DNA from: Candidatus Electronema halotolerans
GTDB lineage: Bacteria > Desulfobacterota > Desulfobulbia > Desulfobulbales > Desulfobulbaceae
Assembly: GCA_942493095.1 (NCBI GenBank)
Contig: OW818675.1
Span: forward strand, 1,980,001-2,012,000
DNA: 32,000 nt
Reading direction: 5' to 3'
The notes under the pieces were generated by a model. It saw only the letters and a list, made by a program, of their open reading frames with translations, had not been told where the DNA came from and searched no databases. Shown here one piece after another: positions 26,286-32,000 of the stretch (positions within the stretch are counted from its first letter, which is position 1; every line of letters starts with the position of its first letter). The position numbers were made by a program, and so were the translations under genes.

Positions 26286-27776
26286 TCAAGCACCAGAAGT
26301 CGCTTCTTCTTTCTCCGCTGAAGGCAGGTAAATAAAAACAGCAGTCCCCTGCCCTGCCCTGCTTGCTATGTTCATGACTCCGCCTGCGGCCTCAACAATG
26401 GAGCGCGACACGGACAGCCCCAGACCTGTGCCTTGGCCTGGTTCCTTGGTGGTGTAAAACGGATCAAAGACTGAGGCCAGCTCCTCTGCGGCAATGCCGC
26501 TGCCGTTGTCCTCAATGCAGAGCCGGAGCAGGCCCGGCTCAGGCATGTCTGTGCCCAGGGTGATGCGCCCGTCTGTCCGGCCTGCGCTGCTGATGGCATC
26601 GGCACTGTTGAGCAGGCAGTTGAGCAGCACCTGCCGGAGCTGGTCCGGGTCAGCATGAACCATGTCCTCTCCCTCCGCCGCCCTGACGGTCACGGCAATC
26701 TCTTTAAAGGCTTTCTGCACCCGCACCATTTCCGCCGCAGACATCAGCAGCCCGTGCAGGGACAATCTCTCCGGCCTGCCTTTTGAGGCTCTGGCGCAGT
26801 CAAGGAGCTGGCGGATCAGCCGGTTGACCCGTTGCAGCTCCTGATCAGCCCGGCGGATGAACTCGCTGTTTTCTTCGTCATTGCAGGTTTTGGCCAGCAG
26901 ACCAAGATAGCCCTGAATCACGGCCAGCGGATTGCCGATTTCATGGGCCAAGCCAGCTGCCAGCCGTCCTGCCGCCGCCAGCCGCTCAGTGCGGATCATC
27001 TCGGCCTGCCGCTCGTGCAGCAGGTGGTTGGCAGACTCCAGCTCGGCCACAGTTTGCCGCAGCGTCTTCTGGTCAGTTTCTATCCGAGCCAGCATCTTGT
27101 TGAGACTGGCAGACAGGCGCTGCAACTCGCTGCCAGAGTCGTCGGCAGCAAACCAGACCGCCTCGTGGCTGCGGTGCTGGCCAGCTAATTCCGCCAGCCG
27201 TTCTATGGGTCGGAGTATCAGGCTGTTAAGGCGGAAAAAGCTGATCAGCCCCAAAATCAGCAGGTTGAAGAAGATATAGAGAAGAACTATTTTTTCCGCC
27301 CGCCAAAGTGCTTTGGACACGGCATTGAGGGGGCGGAGCACTGCTGCCGCGCCGATCACCTGTCCCTGCCGCAGCAGCGGACGGGCACTTGCCAAGAGCA
27401 GCGGCTGGCCTTTGAGCAGAGCGGCTAACGGCGAGGAAGAATGACTCACTGCCTGCCCGGCAGCGGCCTGCTGTAGGGCAGCCGCCAGCAGAGGAGGTGA
27501 GATGTCGGTTGCCTGCATCTCTTCTTCCAACAGCAGGACCAGCTGACCTTCCTGTGCTTCAAGATAAAATTCAGCAAAGGTAAAGAGCTTGGAAGCTCTT
27601 GCAGGGCTTTCATTTTTCACCTCCAGCCGGTCTTGGATGCAGGCAAGAACTGCCTGATCACGGGCTGCCTCCCGCTGTATCGCATCCCGCTGCCAGAGCA
27701 GCAGGAGGACGAGATTGATCAGCAGCATGGCAATCAGCAGCAGGGCTGCAACAGTCATGGTCAGTCGAATTCGCAT
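26286..27776 (-). CDS. Membrane-bound sensor histidine kinase (periplasmic region, HAMP, HisKA, HATPase)
   Basis: N-terminal TM segment, RLAAAGRLAAGLAHEIGNPLAVIQGYLGL H-box, VLLNCLLNSADAI N-box, IEDNGSGI, FDPFYTTKEPGQGTGLGLSVSRSIVEAAGG G-boxes. Confidence 0.93.
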   Translation of the reverse strand: MRIRLTMTVAALLLIAMLLINLVLLLLWQRDAIQREAARDQAVLACIQDRLEVKNESPARASKLFTFAEFYLEAQEGQLVLLLEEEMQATDISPPLLAAALQQAAAGQAVSHSSSPLAALLKGQPLLLASARPLLRQGQVIGAAAVLRPLNAVSKALWRAEKIVLLYIFFNLLILGLISFFRLNSLILRPIERLAELAGQHRSHEAVWFAADDSGSELQRLSASLNKMLARIETDQKTLRQTVAELESANHLLHERQAEMIRTERLAAAGRLAAGLAHEIGNPLAVIQGYLGLLAKTCNDEENSEFIRRADQELQRVNRLIRQLLDCARASKGRPERLSLHGLLMSAAEMVRVQKAFKEIAVTVRAAEGEDMVHADPDQLRQVLLNCLLNSADAISSAGRTDGRITLGTDMPEPGLLRLCIEDNGSGIAAEELASVFDPFYTTKEPGQGTGLGLSVSRSIVEAAGGVMNIASRAGQGTAVFIYLPSAEKEEATSGA

Positions 27777-27911
27777 ACGGCAAAGATAGCACAGCGGCGG
27801 CTGTGGAGACAGGGAAATTTACCAAGACTCTCCCCCAGATATTCATTGAGTAAAAAATATCCGTCAATTTGAAGCAGCGGATAAAAAATACCCGGAACAG
27901 CCTGAAATGAG

Positions 27912-27951
27912 AAAGATTCTTATTCTCAATAAGAATCTTTCTCTATTTTTG
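27912..27951 (+). terminator. Strong hairpin, probable terminator
   Basis: GAGAAAGATTCTTATT-CTC-AATAAGAATCTTTCTC (16-bp perfect stem) then TATTTTT. Confidence 0.7.
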
Positions 27952-27967
27952 CAAGAGCTTAAAACAG

Positions 27968-28180
27968 CTACAACGTAGGATATAAAAGAAAGACTTTTCC
28001 ATGCTGTCCGTACTGTGAACTGCCCTTGCTCAGGATTAAAATTAGATAAAGAAACAGCTTCGCAGTGTTCATCGGATACATAATGATATAAAGCTGTCCT
28101 GCTGTTTTTTTCGAGATTTGCAATGACTACAATGTAGGATATGAAAATGCCTTGTCCTTGCTGTTCGTGATATGAATGGT
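27968..28180. repeat. Two degenerate direct-repeat copies ~159 bp apart
   Basis: CTACAACGTAGGATATA...CTTTTCCATGCTGTCCG at 27968 versus CTACAATGTAGGATATG...CTTGTCCTTGCTGTTCG at 28127. Confidence 0.55.
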
Positions 28181-28322
28181 CTTGGTGCAAATGCAGACCT
28201 GAATGCAGCCGCATGTTGTCCAGAAGATGAAAAAATGATGAATTGGCACGAGTCTCGCATTAAATGCTCTGACGTAAAAAAAACAGTCAGTTATTTTATT
28301 ATTTTTTCAGGAGGAGAATGTT

Positions 28323-29213
28323 ATGAGGCGCAAATCTGCACGCAGAAAGATTTTTTATCTGCTCATCGCCGCAACGACCATGTTCTGTTCAGAAGTGTCT
28401 GCCAATGCTTCGGCAGAAGATGTCCATGAGCTGGCAGACATCTGCATGTATTCACAGCGGATTCTTAAAGACTACGCCTTGGTCGGCATGGGCGTGACCT
28501 ATCATGATCCTCAGAAGGACCTGAAGGAGAATATTGGCACAGTCGATAAATATTTCAAAGATATTGAGAAACACAAGCTGGATGAGAAGCTGCTGGCCGA
28601 AGTGCTGGAAGTGGAGAATGCTTGGAAGATAATCAGGCCGGAATTTGAGCAGAAGCCGGACAAGAAGAAAATGAGCGAGCTGCGTAAAAAAGTGGAGCAG
28701 TACACAGTCCGCTGTGAGCAGGTTGCTGATGATCTGGCCAAGGACACCGGCATCAAAGGGGAGCACAATGTGGTGCTGGTGGCCGAGCTGGGTTTGGAGT
28801 CCCAGCGGCTCGCCGCCCTGTATCTGATGAAGGCGTGGGGTGTCGCGGATGCCAGCTACGAGCAGGAGGCGAATCAGACTGTTGATGAGACTGAGAGATT
28901 GTATCAGGAACTGATGACTGCGAGCGACGACTTAGTTTCCAAGGAAATCAAGGAGAAACTGAAAGCAACAGAAAACGACTTTGTTGCCTTCGGTGTGATG
29001 GCGAAAAGCACATCAGGACGTTTCATGCCCACCCAAGCTGAAAAGAGCGCAAGCAACATCTTCACCACCTTGCGGGAAATTCTGACTATGGAGCAGAAGC
29101 TGGTCGAGGCAACCGCAAGCTATTTCATTCCAGTCGCAGACGAGAAAGAGGCAAGGGCAATCCTTGACACGATCACAGCAATTTTGCAGCAGTACCAGGA
29201 GGAGTCAGCATGA
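28323..29213 (+). CDS. Secreted PilJ-type (type IV pili methyl-accepting chemotaxis transducer N-terminal domain) protein
   Basis: Signal peptide MRRKSARRKIFYLLIAATTMFCSEVSANASA; helical ELADICMYSQRILKDYALVGMGVTYHDPQKDLKENIGTVDKYFKDI; AGGAGGAG SD. Confidence 0.6.
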   Translation: MRRKSARRKIFYLLIAATTMFCSEVSANASAEDVHELADICMYSQRILKDYALVGMGVTYHDPQKDLKENIGTVDKYFKDIEKHKLDEKLLAEVLEVENAWKIIRPEFEQKPDKKKMSELRKKVEQYTVRCEQVADDLAKDTGIKGEHNVVLVAELGLESQRLAALYLMKAWGVADASYEQEANQTVDETERLYQELMTASDDLVSKEIKEKLKATENDFVAFGVMAKSTSGRFMPTQAEKSASNIFTTLREILTMEQKLVEATASYFIPVADEKEARAILDTITAILQQYQEESA

Positions 29214-30010
29214 AAACAGTTCATTTGAAGGCGGCTTTGGCAGGAGCGGTCTTCTGCATTCTCGCCGCAGGCAATGCCGTTGCCAACGTTGACCAGCATG
29301 ACTTGGCAATGATGGAGTCAGCCAAGAATGTGGGCATAGCCAGTCAGAAGATCGCCAAGGCCTACTTCTACAAGCACATGGACATCCGCCCTGATCATGC
29401 GGAGCAGGACCTGACAGAGAGCCTGACAGATCTCAAAAAGGACATTCTCAAAATCCATGAGGGCATCAAGGGCAGCAGCAAAGAGGAAAAGAATATCGCC
29501 GTGTTTCTTTCCTACACCCGCGATGAGCTGGACAGAGCGTTGAGCAAGCCCTACAGTCAGGAAACCGGGGCGCTGATGATCGATTTCAGTGAGTCGCTGC
29601 TGGAAGGAGCTGACTTCCTCTCAGGAAAGTATGGGCATGAAAAAAGCGGCGAGGCAGCCATGCTGTCTGAGGTGGAAAATCTTCTCTTCCTGTTGGAGCG
29701 GGTCAACAAATACTACATCGCCCATAAAGCCGGGTTCAAAGACTACAACAACGTGGTGCAGCTCACCAAGGCGGTGGACGACTTTGAAGCAGGTCTGGCC
29801 AAAATCAACAGCTATGGCCGCTATCCTGACTCTGTGAAGGAGAGCGTCACCAAGATCAATCAGTTCTGGCCGGTGGCCAAGGAGTTCTACCTTGGCGTGC
29901 AGAAGAACGCCCTGCCAGTGATTGTTCTTGCCTCCACAGACAAGCTGGAGAAGGAGGTCAAAACTTTGGCCAACTTCCATTATCGGGAGGCATCGCAAGG
30001 AACGCACTGA
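29210..30010 (+). CDS. Second secreted PilJ-type sensory-domain protein
   Basis: Signal peptide MKTVHLKAALAGAVFCILAAGNAVA; ESAKNVGIASQKIAKAYFYKHMDIRPDHAEQDLTESLTDLKKDI; ATG overlaps upstream stop (ATGA). Confidence 0.6.
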   Translation: MKTVHLKAALAGAVFCILAAGNAVANVDQHDLAMMESAKNVGIASQKIAKAYFYKHMDIRPDHAEQDLTESLTDLKKDILKIHEGIKGSSKEEKNIAVFLSYTRDELDRALSKPYSQETGALMIDFSESLLEGADFLSGKYGHEKSGEAAMLSEVENLLFLLERVNKYYIAHKAGFKDYNNVVQLTKAVDDFEAGLAKINSYGRYPDSVKESVTKINQFWPVAKEFYLGVQKNALPVIVLASTDKLEKEVKTLANFHYREASQGTH

Positions 30011-30032
30011 CAGTTCTTTTCTCTCCCGCGAC

Positions 30033-30080
30033 AAAGAACAGGCCGTGATCTTCAAGAAGATCACGGCCTGTTCTTTTTGT
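30033..30080. terminator. Terminator with 20-bp perfect stem, likely bidirectional
   Basis: AAAGAACAGGCCGTGATCTT-CAAG-AAGATCACGGCCTGTTCTTT. Confidence 0.9.
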
Positions 30081-30094
30081 TTGCAGCAGCCAGA

Positions 30095-30128
30095 GCATCC
30101 TTCGACAGGCTCAGAAGTCGAAGGATGC
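30095..30128. repeat. 12-bp perfect inverted repeat, 10-nt loop
   Basis: GCATCCTTCGAC-AGGCTCAGAA-GTCGAAGGATGC. Confidence 0.75.
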
Positions 30129-30132
30129 GCGG

Positions 30133-30450
30133 TTATTTCCGGCTTTTCATCTCCTTGAGAATCATCAGCCCGACTTTGAACTTGGGTTCCTCCTCCTTTT
30201 TCACGACTTTGTAAAAATCACACTTCTGGCAGTCCGCGCAGAATTTTTCCGAATATGATCCCTGCACGACTGCGCCCTTGCAGAGAGTCCCCTGAATCAC
30301 CCAGCAGCAGCGGCCTCCATTCTTGCCGTCATGAATGCCGTCCGCCTTCTGCTCTTCAGCAGCAGGACAGATGCCAAACTCATGCGCCCGTTCTCCTCCT
30401 GGTTCCCGTCCGCAGTTTTTGACTTCCCAGCAGTTCTTTTTTTCTGTCAT
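30133..30450 (-). CDS. Two-CW-domain-like Cys-rich small protein
   Basis: MTEKKNCWEVKNCGREPGG...ICPAAEE...GGRCCWVIQGTLCKGAVVQGSYSEKFCADCQKCDFYKVVKKEE. Confidence 0.75.
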   Translation of the reverse strand: MTEKKNCWEVKNCGREPGGERAHEFGICPAAEEQKADGIHDGKNGGRCCWVIQGTLCKGAVVQGSYSEKFCADCQKCDFYKVVKKEEEPKFKVGLMILKEMKSRK

Positions 30451-30513
30451 CTCCTCCAGCCCTCTTATTTTTCAGCCCCGCCGTCATGTTATGTTGGCGG
30501 CGGAGCATCCATT

Positions 30514-31698
30514 CTATTCTTCCGCCTTGGACAGCTTGTCAATATAGACGAACTTGATGCTGTCGTCAGACTTTTCTATTTTGGTCAAATAGACTGCATC
30601 CAAACCGCGATGATCATCCGGGCTGAATGAGACTGTCACGCCGCCCGGATCATAATCCACCATTGCTTCAAGAGCCTTTTTCAGAGATGCTGAATTGACC
30701 GCTCCTTGCACGGAGCTGATCGCCTTGTGCATGACATTGGCGGCAATATAGCCTTCCAAGCTGACAAAGTCGTATTTGCTGCTGTCATTGCCAAGGTCTT
30801 CATGGTACTGCTTGACAATCGGCAGCTCATCGCTCCAAGGATCAGGCACCACCTGACTGATATAGACATTGCCGCTTTCCTTGAGGCGGGCGGCCAAGGC
30901 GGTCGAGCCAACAAAGGAAAGACTGATCATCGGCACCTTGAAATTCATCTTGTGCCACTGATTGATGGCCAAAGCGCAGGGCCTGCTGGTGCCGACCAAG
31001 ATCACCGCCTCTGCGCCGTTGCCCCGCACCTGCCTGACCCCGCCGCCCACAGAAACCGTGTTGCGCTTATAGTGCGGCACGCTTTTCCAGAACTCGCTCT
31101 GGTCCTCGCCTTCTCCAGGGATGGGCGGCACCGGCGGCACGATTTCAATCCCCTTGACCTTTTCCACCGCCTTCAAGGCGGCAGAGACACCGGCCAGGCC
31201 AAAGGCATCCTTCTGCACAAAAAGGCTGACCTTTTTCACGCCTAAGTCATCATGCAGCCGCCGCATCATGTTTTCCACTTCCGCATCATAGCTGGCCCGC
31301 AGGGCAAAGGAGTAGGGATTGGCCGCCGCATCACTGAGAAACCCGGCTCCGGTGAAGGCTCCAAAAAAAATGGTTTTCTGCTCATTGGCCAAAGGCGCGG
31401 CCACGGCGGAAGTCGGGGTGCCGACGTAGCCGAACAGTGCCTGCACCCCGTCTTGGAGAAAGGCTTCTGTGTTGATGCGGCAGCGGTCCGGCTCATAGCC
31501 GTCGTCTTTGCTGATCAGGATGACATCATCCGCCGCATGATGGTCAAAATAAGCTTTGCCGCCTTGGCGCATTTCTATGCCAAGAAAGGCGGTCGGGCCG
31601 GTCAGGGCGCAGGACTGGCCCAAGGTGACTGCCGCAGAACTTGTCTCCGGCAAGATCAGCACGCAGGTCAGCAGGAGTATCCATCGCATCTGTTTCAT
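30514..31698 (-). CDS. Periplasmic ligand-binding protein, branched-chain amino-acid/urea ABC type (Peripla_BP_6-like)
   Basis: Signal peptide MKQMRWILLLTCVLILPETSSA; LGQSCALTGPTAFLGIEMRQGGKAYFD, DDGYEPDRCRINTEAFLQDGVQALFGYVGTPTSAVAAPLANEQKTIFFG. Confidence 0.88.
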   Translation of the reverse strand: MKQMRWILLLTCVLILPETSSAAVTLGQSCALTGPTAFLGIEMRQGGKAYFDHHAADDVILISKDDGYEPDRCRINTEAFLQDGVQALFGYVGTPTSAVAAPLANEQKTIFFGAFTGAGFLSDAAANPYSFALRASYDAEVENMMRRLHDDLGVKKVSLFVQKDAFGLAGVSAALKAVEKVKGIEIVPPVPPIPGEGEDQSEFWKSVPHYKRNTVSVGGGVRQVRGNGAEAVILVGTSRPCALAINQWHKMNFKVPMISLSFVGSTALAARLKESGNVYISQVVPDPWSDELPIVKQYHEDLGNDSSKYDFVSLEGYIAANVMHKAISSVQGAVNSASLKKALEAMVDYDPGGVTVSFSPDDHRGLDAVYLTKIEKSDDSIKFVYIDKLSKAEE

Positions 31699-31727
31699 GA
31701 CTCATTCCTTTGTCTGTTGATCGTGAC

Positions 31728-32000
31728 TCACGCTTTCACGTCAGGCTGCTGGTCGCCTTCAATTTTAAAGGCGGCAACAGATTCGAGCATGTCTTGGCCC
31801 ATTGCCTCCATCTCACGCATTGAAATCGAGGCTCCCATTGTCTCCTGAGCGGTTTCCAAGCTGATTTGCCCAATCTCTTTCATGTTGTCGGCAAGGTCGG
31901 CAGTGGTCTCAGCCTGCACGCTGGAGGCGGTGGCCACACTTTGAATCAGTTGCGCCACTTCGTTGGAGCGGGCCGTGATCTCCTCCAGTTTCTCCAAGGC
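31728..32000 (-). CDS. Methyl-accepting chemotaxis protein, C-terminal part; truncated by window edge
   Basis: MEKLEEITARSNEVAQLIQSVATASSVQAETTADLADNMKEIGQISLETAQETMGAS...; typical MCP signalling-domain tail. Confidence 0.8.
   Translation of the reverse strand, partial: ALEKLEEITARSNEVAQLIQSVATASSVQAETTADLADNMKEIGQISLETAQETMGASISMREMEAMGQDMLESVAAFKIEGDQQPDVKA

Noticed and set aside
27864-28214. 116-aa minus-strand ORF between the histidine kinase and the PilJ-like gene
   Set aside because: No convincing start or domain; its internal similarity is explained by the DNA-level direct repeat.
28172-28429. 85-aa plus-strand ORF overlapping the PilJ-like gene start
   Set aside because: Overlaps a better supported start with a strong SD (28323); no recognisable motif.
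1-32000. CRISPR array, tRNA or rRNA genes, retron or prophage structural module
   Set aside because: No regularly spaced identical repeats, no cloverleaf or rRNA-like sequence, no reverse transcriptase, integrase, capsid or tail genes seen on reading both strands; a tRNAscan/Infernal run would be needed to exclude small RNAs.

Overview
This window looks like a Desulfobulbales-type (Deltaproteobacteria / Desulfobacterota) chromosome segment. That placement is an inference from sat, mdh, lpxB, kdsB, the 'two-CW' protein and the CofD-like protein; I ran no search. Most of it is housekeeping: a CoA-binding acyl/acetyl-CoA synthetase 5' part, a TIGR01777-type epimerase, RsmJ, KdsB, malate dehydrogenase, a CofD-like protein, a receiver protein, an MdlA/MdlB-like ABC exporter pair, MurA, ATP sulfurylase, SerA, LpxB, a histidine kinase and a chemosensory cluster. 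The most informative accessory region is 1.4-7.7 kb. There a restriction-modification-like locus has a large adenine-specific methyltransferase (4559-7528, minus) followed by a gene split by an IS5-family element. That element can be delimited from the sequence alone: inverted ends GGGTTCCTCGAAAAAT / GGGAACCTCGAAAAAT, bounds 2974-4278, and a 4-bp ATAA duplication. Removing it plus one ATAA rejoins two ORFs exactly in frame into a 233-aa protein with a PD-(D/E)XK-like 'ADIGIY...VFEGKRL' signature, with the D and ExK on opposite sides of the insertion. A second element, IS630-like (1451-2495, TA duplication), sits directly before the Shine-Dalgarno of the synthetase gene. A ~63-bp diverged copy of that synthetase's 5' coding sequence lies upstream of the methyltransferase, so homologous sequence brackets the locus. 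Other structures include near-identical 28-bp palindromes flanking mdh with compensatory changes, a degenerate ~159-bp direct repeat upstream of a coupled pair of secreted PilJ-like sensory domains, and several strong hairpin terminators. No CRISPR, tRNA or rRNA was recognised.
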